Of a stretch of DNA of 64,000 nt, positions 47,136 through 60,430 are shown piece by piece. The notes beneath the pieces were generated by a model. It saw only the letters and a program-made list of their open reading frames with translations, did no database searches and had not been told where the DNA came from. The stretch covers positions 7,936,001 to 8,000,000 of the forward strand of contig NC_043023.1 in NCBI RefSeq assembly GCF_006345805.1. The letters are read 5' to 3'. This DNA comes from Octopus sinensis (taxonomy: Eukaryota). Position 1 is the stretch's first letter. Each line of letters opens with the position of its first letter. Both the position numbers and the translations under genes were made by a program.

Positions 47136-48363
47136 GAATCTTTTCCTTTTGAACGGCATTTCAGCAATTTTAACCAATCGATTACCTCCAATCAACTAAA
47201 ATCATTTGCTGCGACTAAAACTGGACTCTCGAAGGAAGGTGAGGCATGTTTTCACTGCACGGTTGCAGTAGTAAAAGAATGCATGTGGAGAACAAGAATG
47301 GAAGGAGTCGCGATAGGATCCTTTGTCTCGGGGCGCCGGCTTGCTCACTTACTTCAGATATCATCTGAAGAGCAAAATGGGGCTGGAAAAGAGGATCTTA
47401 CCACGGGGTGTGTATGAGAAAAGATGGAAGGAAGTGGAAAAAAAGGTGGGTGTCAGAAACCCAACTTAACTATGGAGGGAGGAGAGGAAACAAAAGCTGC
47501 GGGGCCTTATAAATTGCTGGGGTTTAAAACTTCGGTAAGATCGAAAGGTTATGAAATGTTATAAGATTCTATTGGTCACGTAAAGGACAATTTATAGACG
47601 AATTTTTTAATCCAAATGTTATGGAAAATTTTTAAATCGAACCTCTTAATTATTTGTTTTGCATGTATGTCATGTTTTTGTACTTCTATGTAACGATTGT
47701 ATAATCGTAATAAAGAAATTACTAACCTTAAACCTCCCCCCTATCCCTAACCCTAAATTTTTTCTCTTACTTGTTAAATTAATTTAATTCCATTGCTTTA
47801 GTTTTTTTTACACTCGTAACAATTAAATTAATTTAACAATTAAGAAAAAAAAAAATTGGGGGTTAGGGGGGAGGTTTAGGGTGAGTTACAGGATGTTGTC
47901 TCAGTTTTAGATACAGCAAATGATTTTAGCTCAAAAGGGAGCATAGGATTGGTTAAAATTCGAAAAATTAAACTACGTTAAACAAACAAATTACAATTTT
48001 GTTGAGAAAGTCAAGAGAAAAAGGCGTTCTATTTTGACGCATTCTACCAGTATACGAAGTTTTAAAGTGTTTAATTAACTAGAAATTGTGTTGAAAGATC
48101 AAAAGGAAAAGATCCATTTAGTGTTAGGGTTAGGATCAGTGACAGGATGTCTCAGTTTTAGACGCAGCAAATGATTTTAGCTAAATAGAAGCAATCGATT
48201 GATTAAAATTCGAAAAATTAAACTACGTTAAACAAACAAATTACAATTTTCTCAAGAAAGCCAAGAGAAAATAATGTTTTATTGTGACACATTCTACCAA
48301 TATACGAAGTTTTAAAGTGTTTAGTTAACTGTAAATTGTCTGCCGTTCAAAAGGAAAAGATCC
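47136..48363. mobile_element. Compound MITE cluster (right ends at ~48115 and 48363) containing an LTR-element-like insert at ~47223-47720
   Basis: GAATCTTTTCCTTTTGAACGGCA left end; two AAAAGGAAAAGATCC right ends; the insert is absent from the paralog at ~63680. Confidence 0.8.
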
Positions 48364-48840
48364 AATTTACGTGCTGGAAAAGGAGTAGACTTTATTAAAA
48401 TAATCTGGTGTAAATTTGGAAAAACTCGAAGGTAATTTATTGACAGAATGGGACAAAGAAAATCACTGGGGCGGAACCAACAAGTCAGCAGAGCCATCTA
48501 TTGGAGAATTAGAGAAATGCAATCATACGAAGGGAAGTAACTTCTACAACACAGTGAACCTCTCGATGTTACAGTAATTATTTTTCGACGCGGGAACCTG
48601 ACAATAATTAGGAAAATATATTTCTTCGTCTTAATTAATAACTTCCAAATTGAAATGTTGATTTGATGCTTATAAAATACTATGACCGACTGATACATGT
48701 GATAGAACTGAAATTAATTGGTAAAGTGAGAATAAAACAGCGTAATTAATTAGTAAAATGTGAGGAGTCCGATTGAAGAATTCCACATTAATATATGTTA
48801 TCCTGTTGTTTATGAGGCATTGATAAAACGGTAAGTTGGT
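48364..48840 (+). promoter_or_regulatory. Upstream block of gene A2 (first donor deleted; donor at 48831)
   Basis: Paralog of 30561-31180 with an internal deletion of ~150 bp. Confidence 0.55.
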
Positions 48841-49255
48841 AAAGATTTACTCTAATGTTATATTAATAATAGTAATGATGATGATGATTTCAAAAGTGGC
48901 CCAGGGTCAGCAATCTTTAATACGAGCGATAAGTCGATTGCATGGGTCCCGGTTTTTTCCCGAAAGAGATGAAAGACAAAGTCGATCTCATCCGTATTTG
49001 AACTCAGGACTTTCCGCCGAGGTTGACTTTGTATTTCATTCCATTCCGTGTGAAGAAAATAATAATGATGATGATGATAATAGTAATCTTTTGATAATTA
49101 AAACAATAACCTTTTGTGCTTTTGACCTGAAAATTGGCGGTAATAAAGAAATTACTTTATTACATGGACCCTAGTACTTGATTGCTTCTTATTTTTTCTA
49201 CCTGGAAATGATGAAAGGGGAACTTGATGTGATTTGAACTTTGAGAGTAATGATG

Positions 49256-49900
49256 CGATCTTTTCACTTTGACCGGCAGATTTTAAAAATAATTTCTATG
49301 TAACTAAAACATTTTAAACTTCGTATACAGGTAGAATGTGCTTAAAAGAACATTTTGTTCTCTTAGCTTTCTTGAGAAAATTCTGTAGTTTGTAACATAT
49401 TTGTTTAATTTCTTGCATTTCGGCAATTTCAACCAATTAATGACGTCTATTGAGGTGAAAACGATTTCTGGCGGCGTTATATGAAAATGTCCCTGTTACA
49501 TATTATATATTCGTTTAAGAAACAGATTGGGTTTATTTACATTTCTGAAGAAAAAAAGATACCCTTCCCCCAACCCTAAAACAGATTGAAATGCAATAGA
49601 TCAATACTAGGATCATATTTATGGGTGGACACTAAATAGGGAACGGTTTTGTTATCCAGCTCTGTTTACGAGTGACCCCTCAGTTTATGGCCACAGGGTA
49701 TCTTTTTTCTCATAAAAAACAGGGACATTTTAATATGACGCCGCCAGTATATGTTACGGCAGAAATCCTTTTCACCTCAATAGACGTCTTTGATTTGTTG
49801 AAATTGCCGAAATGCAAGAAATTAAACAACAAATATGTTACAAACAACAGAATTTTCTCAAGAAAGCCAAGAGAAAAAGATGTTTTATATACACATTCTA
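49256..49900. mobile_element. Intronic long-TIR MITE of A2, right end deleted
   Basis: Same insertion site (TAATGATG) as 31594; ~240 bp deleted, including the right terminus. Confidence 0.85.
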
Positions 49901-50432
49901 ATAAACTTGTGTGGGTATACCATTGTTTCAATGCCTCAATGAACTCTGACCCCTGTAAACATTGACATTAAATGGCTGACAGTGTTCATGTTGTAATATT
50001 TACAATGTTGAATTACTATGTCACTTAACTATCCTCTTTATCTTACTGCTTCTTTTTATATTTCAGAATATCACATCATGTTGACATGAAAGAAATTACT
50101 TCGTTCAGATGTGCCTTTGATATTTTTATCAACTAAAGGAAGATGATATATTTATAAGGAGCATTCATCTATACATCAACGTTTCTATATAAATATAATC
50201 TATGACAAACAACAGCAGAATATTTTTCTTGTCTGGAATGTAGAGGAGGTGATTGCTTTACATATTTGGATAACTTTACAAACGAGTTGACAGTTTTCAC
50301 CTGTTGATTTAGGTATTAAGTAAGATCAGAGATGAAAGAAAGATTAACATTGAATTATTCTCTAAAAAAAGTAATGCAAATGGACACAAACATATTCATA
50401 GAAAAGAAAAAAACAATATTATTGTGATATAT

Positions 50433-51665
50433 ATGACAAATTATCCTGCCATAATGAATAATTTAACTGAACCTAAAAACCCTGATACAAGAGAGAAACC
50501 ATATTTCTGTGATGTCTGTGGAAAATCATTCTCTCAAAGAACTTACTTGACTATTCACAAGCGTATTCATACAGGAGAGAAACCATATCATTGTGATATC
50601 TGTGGTAAATCATTCTCTGAAAATGGCAATTTAACTCAACATAAACGTATTCATACAGGAGAAAAGCCATATCATTGTGATATCTGTGGAAAATCATTCT
50701 TTCAAAGAACTCACTTGACTATTCACAAGCGTATTCATACAGGAGAGAAGCCATTTCATTGTAATATCTGTGGTGAATCATTTTCTCTAAATGACACTTT
50801 AACTAAACACAAACGTATTCATACCGGAGAAAAGCCATATCATTGTGATATCTGTGGTAAAACATTCTCTCAAAGTTATCACTTGACTAAACACCAGCGC
50901 GTTCACACAGGAGAGAAACCATATCATTGTGATATCTGTGGTAAATCATTTTCTTGTAATAGTCACTTGACTAGACATAAACGCATTCATACAGGAGAGA
51001 AACCTCATCATTGTGATATCTGTGGTGAATCATTCTCTGAAAATGGCAGTTTAACTAAACACATACGCATTCATACAGGAGAGAAGCCATATCATTGTGA
51101 TATCTGTGGCAAATCATTCATTGAAAGTGGTCAATTGAATAAGCACAAGCGTGTTCATACAGGAGAGAAACCATATCATTGTAAGATCTGTGGCAAATCA
51201 TTCATTGAAAGTGGTGACTTGAATAAGCACAAGCGTGTTAATACAGGAGAGAAACCATATCATTGTGATATCTGTGGTAAATCATTCTCTTGTAGTGGCC
51301 ACTTATCTGATCATAAACGCATTCATACAGGGGAAAAACCATATCATTGTGATATCTGTGGTAAATCATTCTCTCGTAATAGTCAATTGGTTAATCACAA
51401 ACGCATTCATACAGGAGAGAAGCCATTTCATTGTAAGATCTGTGGCAAATCATTCATTGAAAGTGGTCAATTGAATAAGCACAAGCGTGTTCATACAGGA
51501 GAGAAACCATATCATTGTGATATCTGTGGTAAATCATTCTCTCGTAGTGACCACTTGTCTGATCATAAACGCATTCATACAGGGGAAAAGCCATATCAGT
51601 GTGATGTCTGTGGTAAATCATTCTCTGAAAGTGGTGTCCTAACTAAACACCAGTGCAGGATATAA
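50433..51665 (+). CDS. C2H2 zinc-finger protein A2, 14 finger units (9th lacks its last His, 14th is truncated)
   Basis: Leader nearly identical to A1; tandem C2H2 units with TGEKP linkers. Confidence 0.9.
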   Translation: MTNYPAIMNNLTEPKNPDTREKPYFCDVCGKSFSQRTYLTIHKRIHTGEKPYHCDICGKSFSENGNLTQHKRIHTGEKPYHCDICGKSFFQRTHLTIHKRIHTGEKPFHCNICGESFSLNDTLTKHKRIHTGEKPYHCDICGKTFSQSYHLTKHQRVHTGEKPYHCDICGKSFSCNSHLTRHKRIHTGEKPHHCDICGESFSENGSLTKHIRIHTGEKPYHCDICGKSFIESGQLNKHKRVHTGEKPYHCKICGKSFIESGDLNKHKRVNTGEKPYHCDICGKSFSCSGHLSDHKRIHTGEKPYHCDICGKSFSRNSQLVNHKRIHTGEKPFHCKICGKSFIESGQLNKHKRVHTGEKPYHCDICGKSFSRSDHLSDHKRIHTGEKPYQCDVCGKSFSESGVLTKHQCRI

Positions 51666-52645
51666 ACCATATCATTGTGATATCTGTGGTAAATCATTCT
51701 CATACAATAGTGACTTGACTATTTATAAGCATATTCATACTGGGGAAAAACCATATCACTGTGATATCTATGGTCAATCATTCTCTCAAAAACGCCATTT
51801 ATGTACACATGTGAGTCTTGACACAAAAGTGCAACCATTCAGTATTAATCTTTATTACAACAATTATGGCTATTTTTTTCTGCTGAAAGACTGGGCTATT
51901 TTTATCTCTTCAAATATGATGTTATCGACTTCAATTTCAATAATGTCAGCATCAAATTCATGAATGTTATGTATATATATGGAAGTATATCAACAATGCC
52001 TTTGATTTCTGAAGATGATTGCTCTGGATTTTTGAGCAATTTGCTTTGAGAGAATAAAGAAATGGGAATAATGAATAAAAGGTTACACTGAAGTTGGTTT
52101 TGTCTATGTGTTTTCATCATTGTCGCTGTTATCATCATCATCCTTTAGTGAAATTTTTTTTTTTTACTGGCATGGGTGGCACAGTGTGACATGAGCTGGC
52201 AAACCATGATGCTGCACTAGGTTCCAGTCTGATTTGTTTGGGTTTCTTTGGGTGTATTCTCCTAATAGAGTTTATGCTTTGTGCTTCAAATATATGTGTG
52301 CGTATGCACACACACACACATATACATGTGTGTATGTGTATATATATATATATATATGTAAATATATCATCATCATCATCATCCAATGAAAAAAAAAATA
52401 TATTTACAATGATACCGAGGGGAAGGGGTTCCGCCACACTTTTACCAAGCAAAAATAAGGAGTTTGCTGCACATTGCGAGGTCAGGGTACTTGAGTTTTT
52501 TTGTTTGTCCTTATGAAAATCTTGTGGGTGAAAATATCAATATTTACCCGAAATTCTTCTGGACAAAAACTTCTCTGAAAAAAATTGTGACAACAAATTC
52601 GTATGTAATCGTAATCTAAACCATCTAAAAAGTATTATCATCGTA

Positions 52646-53502
52646 GGTGTGTATGAACAGCCATGCTACATGGCAGTGAAACATGGGCCGTGACTGCTGA
52701 GGATATGTGTAAGCTTGCATGAAATGAAGCCAGTATGCTCCGATGGATGTGTAATGTCAGTGTTCATACTCGACAGAGTGTAAGCACCTTAAGAGAAAAG
52801 CTGGACCTAAGAAGCATCAGATGTGGTGTGCAAGAGAGATGTCTGTGCAGGTATGGTCATGTGACGAGAATGGATGAAGATAGTTTTGTGAAAAAGTGCC
52901 ATACCCTAGCGGTTGAGGGAACCTGTGTAAGAGGCAGACCCAGGAAAACCTGGGACGAGGTGGTGAAGCACGACCTTCGAACTTTAGGTCTCACTGAGGA
53001 AATGACTAGAGACCGAGACCTTTGGAAGTGTGCTGTGCGTGAGAAGACCTGGCAGGAAAAGTGAGACCATAACCCGGGATGAGCCAGTCCACTTATACAT
53101 ACCTTTTCTTCAGGGGACACAAAACTCTACTTGTGAAGACCTGTTGAGGCAAGTGAGAATCGAAATCGATCAACATCAATGGAAATTGCAGCTGTGATAC
53201 CAGTGCCGGTGGCACGTAAGACAACCATCCGAACGTGGCAGTTGCGAGCACCGCCCCGACTGGCCTCGTGTCGGTGGCACGTAAAAAGCACCATCCGATC
53301 GTGGCCGTTTGCCAGCCTCATCTGCCACGTAAAAAGCACCCACTGCACTCACAGAGTAGTTGGCATTAGGAAGGGCATTCAGCCATAGAAACATTGCCAG
53401 ATCAGACTGGGCCTGGTGCAGCCTTCTGGCTTCCCAGACCCCAGTTGATCCGTCCAACCCATGCTAGCATGGAAAGTGGACTCTAAACGATGATGATGAT
53501 GA
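52646..53502 (+). mobile_element. 5'-truncated RTE-clade LINE (ORF end, 3' UTR and (ATG)n tail)
   Basis: LHGSETW...MLRWMCNVS...RYGHVTRM...RGRPRKTWDEVVKHDL...DRDLW; absent from the A1 paralogous site. Confidence 0.9.
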
Positions 53503-54036
53503 ATCTACCAAATCATCATCATCATTTAACGTCTGCTTTTCATGCTAGCATGGGTTGGACGATTTGACTGAGGTCTGGCAAACCAGACTCCAATCTGATA
53601 TGGCAGAGTTTTTACAGCTGGATGCCCTTCCTAACGCCAACCAGCTGTAGAAACTCTGCCAGATCAGATTGGAGTCTGGTTCGCCAGACCTCAGTCAAAT
53701 ATACATATGTATATATGTACAAATGATAAGAAGACAAAGAAAATTGTTTAACACATCGTGGCTGGGCAGTAAAAACAGTTCCTCTGGTACTGAAATTCGT
53801 GTGATGGGTGAAAAGTTATTTGACCAGCAACTTCGGAAAATGGGAGAAACTATTAAATAGATAACTTGACATTTGATCAGGAATTAAACAATAAAGATAT
53901 TTATGTTTGTGGTGGCGAAGTTGTGTGATCTGCAGTAGAGTAGACTAAATCGCCTCCCACCAAGCAGACCAACTTCGTGGCCTTAGAGTGAATAGGTAAG
54001 GGAAGAGAGATGCAAAAACAAAAAAAAAATGAGAAT

Positions 54037-54431
54037 TATATATATATATAAAGCTGAAGTTGTCTGTGTATGGCAGGTTTAGTAGCTTTCAACTAACATT
54101 ATCTCCTTCGAGACCCTTTGGCACAAGTTGACCAAAATTGAGAGTATGATAGAAGAAGGCTTGCTCTTCCTTCCGTAGAAGAAATAATTCAAATCGGACC
54201 ATGTTAACACCAAAAATTATTTACATCACAAAGGTGCTTTTTCTATGAAAATCCCTATTTTTTACGATTTTTTGACTGCTGTGACGTCATTTTTTGGTCT
54301 ATTTCAACAAGAAAAATGTTCAATTAAAGAGGATAACAAGCTACATAATGCAAAATTTTACTTTTCAAAAATTCCAATTCTAAAGGGTCGAAAAGAAAAC
54401 AAGCCCGAGCAACGCTGGGCTATACTGCTAG
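54037..54431 (+). mobile_element. Non-autonomous Helitron (paralog of 36958-37355)
   Basis: Hairpin GCCCGAGCAACGCTGGGC and CTAG|T end. Confidence 0.75.
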
Positions 54432-54577
54432 TATATATATAAAGGGCAATGTGTAAAGACTCCATTCATTAATGACCCTGGCATTGCATCTAGGGAGTTG
54501 ACCTCAAAGGCACAACTCCAGGCAAGGTTCTTTTCACGGAAGACCAGCTGTTGCCCATGCATACCAGTCTCCCCTCT

Positions 54578-55146
54578 CATCATCATCATCATTGTTCGAC
54601 CGTGGTCGAGACAATGGAATTTACCATGCTACGCCAGACTTCACGGTCCATCATGGCATTACGGAGGTCCTGTTGCTGGATGCCTGTATCCCTGGAGATT
54701 ACATCAGGGTAGGAGAGTGTGCGCCCTCTGATATTGTGAGTAGATGGCTTCCAGAGGAGAAGAGTAGAAACTGCCTCGTTTTCAGCTCTACAACAATGTC
54801 CAGCAAACTGGACTCCTACCTTTCACAAGAGATGACACAGGTGGTAGTTTCCTATATATTTGCATTTTGGTTGGATGACGCCTCCACGAGAGATTTTGAG
54901 CTCTCATGAGGAGGCGAGTGTAGGTTCCATCCAACCGCCTCTCAAGCTTCTTTGATAACATCCAGGTTTCTGAGCCATATAGTAGAATTGGTTCGACTGT
55001 GGCTTTGAAGATTTTAAGTTTGAAGTCTCTACTTAGATTTGATGACCAGATCTTATGCATGTCATTACAGGCTGACCAGGCCATACCCTTTCTAGATAGA
55101 AAGTCTTTTCCAGATGATGATATGTATGACCCAAGGTATTTGTAAT
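54578..55146 (-). mobile_element. 5'-truncated RTE-group LINE (second family) inserted in SINE S4
   Basis: YKYLGS...IFKATVEPILLYGSETW...RLDGTYTRLL; (ATG)n tail; 13-bp TSD CAGTCTCCCCTCT at 54565-54577 and 55147-55159. Confidence 0.9.
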
Positions 55147-55610
55147 CAGTCTCCCCTCTACAGGCCACCAATGTCATCCAAGTGAAGGCCAAAAGCTAAT
55201 GCAGCTTGGCACCAGTGATGTTGCAGCTCATTTCTAAAGGTGAGTGAACTGGACCACCATGAAATAAAGTGTCTTGCTCAAGAACACAACACACAGCCTG
55301 GTCCAGGAATCAAAATCACTACATGATTGTGAACCCAGCATTCTAACCACTGAGCTATGTGCATCTCTCTCTCTCTTTCTCTGTGTGTATACATACATAC
55401 ATATATATGAATGCATATACAGGAGGCAGTTGACAAAGCCAGCTTCTATATATGGCTGAAATGAGAAGACCCAGAATAGATTTTCCTATTTTTGATTCCA
55501 ATATTTATAGCTTGTACTTAACATTAAGGTTATTAATATAAATTACTTAATGAGTATAAGACTTTATTTAGATGTATATTAAATAAATAAATAAATTAAT
55601 TAATAATTTT

Positions 55611-56310
55611 GGCGCAGGAGTGGCTGTGTGGTAAGTAGCTTGTTAACTAACCACATGGTTCCGGGTTCAGGCCCACTGCGTGGCACCTTGGGAAAGTGTC
55701 TTCTGCTATAGCCTCGGACCGACCAAAGCCTTGTGAGTGGATTTGGTAGACGGAAACTGAAAGAAGCCTGTCGTATATGTGTATATATATATATATGCGT
55801 GTTTGTGTTTGTTCACCTAACATTGTTTGACAACTGGCAAAAGAGACCGATTTGACTGAGGACTGGTGAACGAAATGGATGCACCAGGCTCCTTTCTGAT
55901 ATGGCAGAGTTTCGACAGCTTGATGCCCTTCCTAATGCCAACCACTCCAAGAGTGTAGTGGGTCCTTATATATGTCACTGGCATGAAGACCTGTCAGGCA
56001 GTACTGGCAACGGCCATGCTGAAATGGTGTTTTTTATGTGGTACCAGCACTGGCAATGACCTCACTCGAATACTTTTTCACGTGCCAGTAAGGCAATGCT
56101 GGTAATGATAAAATGGTGCTTTTTACCTGCCACACAGCATATATATATATATATATGGAAGGGCATTGGCGTTAGGAAGAGCACACTGCTGTAGAAACTC
56201 TGCCAGATCAGACTGGAGCCTGGTGCAGCCTTCTGGCTTCCCAGATCCTGGTCGAACCGTCCAACATATGCTAGCATGGAAAACGGACGTTAAATGATGA
56301 TGATGATGAC
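55611..56310. mobile_element. SINE S1 5' part followed by RTE 3'-UTR fragments in both orientations
   Basis: GGCGCAGGAGTGGCTG head at 55611; RTE tail ending (ATG)n at ~56308. Confidence 0.75.
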
Positions 56311-56361
56311 ATATATATATATACACACACATGTAAATTTATGTGTGTGTATGTATGCATA

Positions 56362-56535
56362 TCTAATACTATAAATGCGAATGTGTCCCACTTTTTCAAC
56401 TTTACTCTTAGAGGCCGTAGCCCAACATATCATACCATTTTGGAATCAGGCTCAATCTGTGGGTAAATTAAGAACTTTCCAGGGCGAATCTGTACCTATA
56501 AGCCTGAAATTTTGGATTCCCAAGTTAACATTACG
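56362..56535 (+). mobile_element. Probable Helitron 5' end truncated by a MITE
   Basis: A|TCTAATACTATAAATGCGAATGTG is typical of Helitron 5' termini. Confidence 0.5.
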
Positions 56536-56928
56536 GATCTTTTCGGTTTGACCGGCAGTTGTTTATAGCAGTGTCATATGAAATTGTCACCCATAATTAT
56601 GACCCTAGTATCGATCTATTGTATTTCAATCTGTTTTAGGATTAGGGTGAGGAGAAGGGTATCTTTTTTTCTTCAGAAATGTAAATAAACTCAATCTGTT
56701 TCTTAAACGAGGGACATATTCATACGGCACAGAATGTTTTTACCTTAATAGACGTCATTGATTGGTAGAAATTGAAGAAAAAAACCAACAAATATCTTAC
56801 AAACTATAGAATATTCTCAAGAAAGCCAAGAGAAAAAAAATTTTTATCTTGACACATTCTACCAGTATACGAAGTTTAAAAGTATTTAATTAACTAGAAA
56901 TTGTCTGCCGTTCAAAAGGAAAAGATCC
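56536..56928. mobile_element. Merlin-like MITE with ends from two different subtypes
   Basis: Left GGATCTTTTCGGTTTGACCGG, right GTCTGCCGTTCAAAAGGAAAAGATCC; no local TSD. Confidence 0.85.
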
Positions 56929-57160
56929 CTATGTGTGCCCCCCAACTGGACGGGACGCCAGTCCATCGCAGCATTACTCAAGAAACAGGAAAAGGGAGTG
57001 AGAGAAAGTTGTGTCGAAAGAGTACAACAGGGGTCGTCACCACCCATGCCAGAACTTCCTGGAGCTACTAGGTGTTTTTGATCAATAAACACACACAACG
57101 CCCAGTCTGGGAATCGAAACCGTGAGTCTGCTGCCCTAACCACTGGGCCATTGCGCCTCC
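56929..57160 (-). mobile_element. 5' part of a SINE S3, beginning at a MITE end
   Basis: CTATGTGTGCCCCCCAACTGG...GGCCATTGCGCCTCC is the reverse complement of 7921-8168. Confidence 0.85.
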
Positions 57161-57334
57161 ATACCTCCTCTGCTTAACACTTTTTATTTCTACCTCTGCT
57201 CTCAAGTGTAGAGAAGTAACAGAAACATGCACAGCTATTTGCAGAGAGGGAGACAAGACAGACATATATATAGGGGTAGAGTTTACGAAAAAAACAAAAG
57301 ACAAAGACACGTGGTGTACAAAAACAAACAGATG

Positions 57335-58059
57335 GGATCTTTTCCTTTTGAACGGCAGTTTTCAGCACAATTCCTAGTTAACTAAACACTTTTAAAGTTC
57401 GTATACTGGTAGAATGTCTTTATAAAACATCATTTTTTCTTGGCTTTATTGAGACAATTCTATATGTTGTAACATATTTCCACTTTAAAATCGAGCATTT
57501 CGGCAATTTTAACCAATCAAATACGTCCATTTGGAGTCAAAACATACCGTGCTGTATGAATATGTCCTCGTTTAAGAAACAGATTGGGTTTATTTACATT
57601 TGCGAAGAAAAAAAGATACCTTTACCCCCACCCCTAACCCTAAGTAAACCTGACCCTAAGATAGATTGAAATGCAATAGATCGATACTAGGGCCATAATA
57701 ATGGGTGACTATTTCAAACGACACCGCTAGAAATAAATCCCATTTTTATTTTGACACATTCTACCAGTACACGAAGTTTAAAACTGTTTAATTAACTAGA
57801 AATTGTGTTGAAAACTGCCGTTCAAAGGGTAAAGATCCATTTAGGGTTAGGGTTAGGATCAGTGACAGGATGTCTCAGTTTTAGAAGCAATCGATTGATT
57901 AAAATTCGAAAAATTAAACTATGTTAAACTTACAAATTACAATTTTCTCAAGAAAGGCAAGAGAAAAAGTTGTTTTATTTTGACACATTCTACCAGTATA
58001 CGAAGTTTAAAAGTGTTTAGTTAACTAGAAATTGTCTGCCGTTCAAAAGGAAAAGATCC
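57335..58059. mobile_element. Compound MITE cluster upstream of A3
   Basis: Left TIR at 57335; right TIRs at 57838 and 58059; ~57745-58059 parallels ~48030-48363. Confidence 0.8.
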
Positions 58060-58595
58060 AATTTATGTGCTGAAAAAGGAGTAGACATTATTAAAATAAT
58101 CTGGTTTAAATTTGGAAAAACTCGATGGTAATTTATTGACAGAATGAGAGAAAGAAAATCACTGGAGCGGAAAAAGGAGTAGACATTATCAAAATAATCT
58201 GGTGAATGGGACAAAGAAAATCACTGGAGCGGAACCAACAAGTTAGCAGAGCCATCTCTAGGAAAATTAAAGAAATACAATCATACGAAGGGAAGTAACT
58301 TCTACAAGATAGTGAACCACTCAATGTTACAGTAATTATTTTTCGAAGCGGGAACCTGACAATAATTAGGAAAATATATTTCTTCGTCTTAATTAATAAC
58401 TTTGAAACTGAAATGTTGATTTGATGCTTATAAAATACTATGACCGACTGATACATGTGATAGAGCTGAAATTAATTAGTAAAGTGAGAATAAAACAGCG
58501 TAATTAATTAGTAAAATGTGAGGAGTCCGATTGAAGAATTCCACATTAATATATGTTATCCTGTTGTTTATGAGGCATTGATAAAACGGTAAGTT
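58060..58595 (+). promoter_or_regulatory. Upstream block of gene A3 (first donor deleted; donor at 58589)
   Basis: Paralog of 48364-48840 with a small internal duplication. Confidence 0.55.
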
Positions 58596-59000
58596 GATAA
58601 AGATTTACTCTAATGTTATATTAATAATAGTAATGATGATGATGATTTCAAAACTGGCCCAGGGTCAGCAATCTTTAATATGAGCGATAAGTCGATTGCA
58701 TGGGTCCCGGTTTTTTCCCGAAAGAGATGAAAGACAAAGTCGATCTCATCCGTATTGGAACTCAGGACTTTCCGCCGAGGTTGGCTTTGTATTTCATTCC
58801 ATTCCGTGTGAAGAAAATAATAATGATAATAGTAATCTTTTGATAATTAAAACAATAACCTTTTGTGCTTTTGACCTGAAAATTGGCGGTAAGGCATAAG
58901 TGAATTACATGGACCCTAGTACTTGATTGCTTCTTATTTTTTCTACCTGGAAATGATGAAAGGGGACCTTGATGTGATTTGAACTTTGAGAGTAATGATG

Positions 59001-59735
59001 CGATCTTTTCACTTTGACCGGCAGATTTTAAAAATAATTTCTATGTAACTAAAACATTTTAAACTTCGTATACTGGTAGAATGTGCTTTAAAAAAATGGT
59101 TTTCTCTTAGCTTTCTTGAGAAAATTCTGCATTTTGTAACATATTTGTTTAATTTCTTGCATTTCGGCAATTTCAACCAATTAATGACGTCTATTGATGT
59201 GAAAACGATTTCTGCCGTAACATTTTCTGGCGGCATTATATGAAAATATCCCTGTTACATATTATATATTCGTTTAAGAAACAGATTGGGTTTATTTATA
59301 TTTCTGAAGAAAAAAAGATACCCTTCCCCCAACCCTAAAACAGATTGAAATGCAATAGATCGATACTAGGATCATAATTATGGGTGGACACTAAATAGGG
59401 AACGGTTTTGTTATCCAGCTCTGTTTACGAGTGACCCCTCAGTTTATGACCACGGGGTATCTTTTTTCTCATAAAAAACAGGGACATTTTCATATGACGC
59501 CGCCAGTATATGTTACAGCAGAAATCGTTTTCACCTCAATAGACGTCTTTGATTAGTTGAAATTGCCGAAATGCAAGAAATTAAACAACAAATATGTTAC
59601 AAAGTACAGAATTTTCTCGATAAAACCAAGAGAAAAAGATGTTTTATAAACACATTCTACCAGTATACGAAGTTTAAAATTTTTTAGTTACATAGAAATT
59701 ATTAAAAAAATCTGCCGGTCCAAGCGAAAAGATCC
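59001..59735. mobile_element. Intronic long-TIR MITE of A3
   Basis: Both TIRs; TSD TAATGATG. Confidence 0.9.
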
Positions 59736-60430
59736 TAATGATGTGCAGGGCACTGACCATGGGCTCATCGTAGACAACATGAAGACAGGGACCTTCACTG
59801 CTGGATAGCTAGCAAGCTGGTCCAGAAAAGGGAATTCCAGTTGGCAACATGAAGTCTTAAATCAAACATTTTTCTGAAAGGTAAAGGTGAAGTGTGTAGT
59901 AAACTTGTGTGGGTATACCAATGTTTCAACACCTCAATGAACTCTGACCCCTGTAAACATTGACATTAAATGGCCGACAGTGTTCATGTTGTAATATTTA
60001 CAATGTTGAATTACTATGTCACTTAACTATCCTCTTTATCTTACTGTTTCTTTTTATATTTCAGAATATCACATCATGTTGACATGAAAGAAATTACTTC
60101 ATTCAGATGTGCCTTTGATATTTCTATCAACTAAAGGAAGATGATATATTTATAAGGAGCATTCATCTATACATCAACGTTTCTATATAAATATAATCTA
60201 TGACAAACAACAGCAGAATATTTTTCTTGTCTGGAATGTAGAGGAGGTGATTGCTTTACAAGTTTGGATAACTTTACAAATGAGTTGACAGTTTTCACCT
60301 GTTGATTTAGGTATTAAGTAAGATCACAGAAGAAAGAAAGATTTACATTAAATTATTCTCTAAAAAAAGTAATGCAAATGGACACAAACATATTCATAGA
60401 AAAGAAAAAAACAATATTATTGTGATATAT

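Larger units (their letters stand above)
48364..55830 (+). repeat. Segmental duplicate of ~30561-37975 (A-type gene unit)
   Basis: Collinear upstream block, MITE, exon, UTR, hairpin, Helitron and SINEs. Confidence 0.9.
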
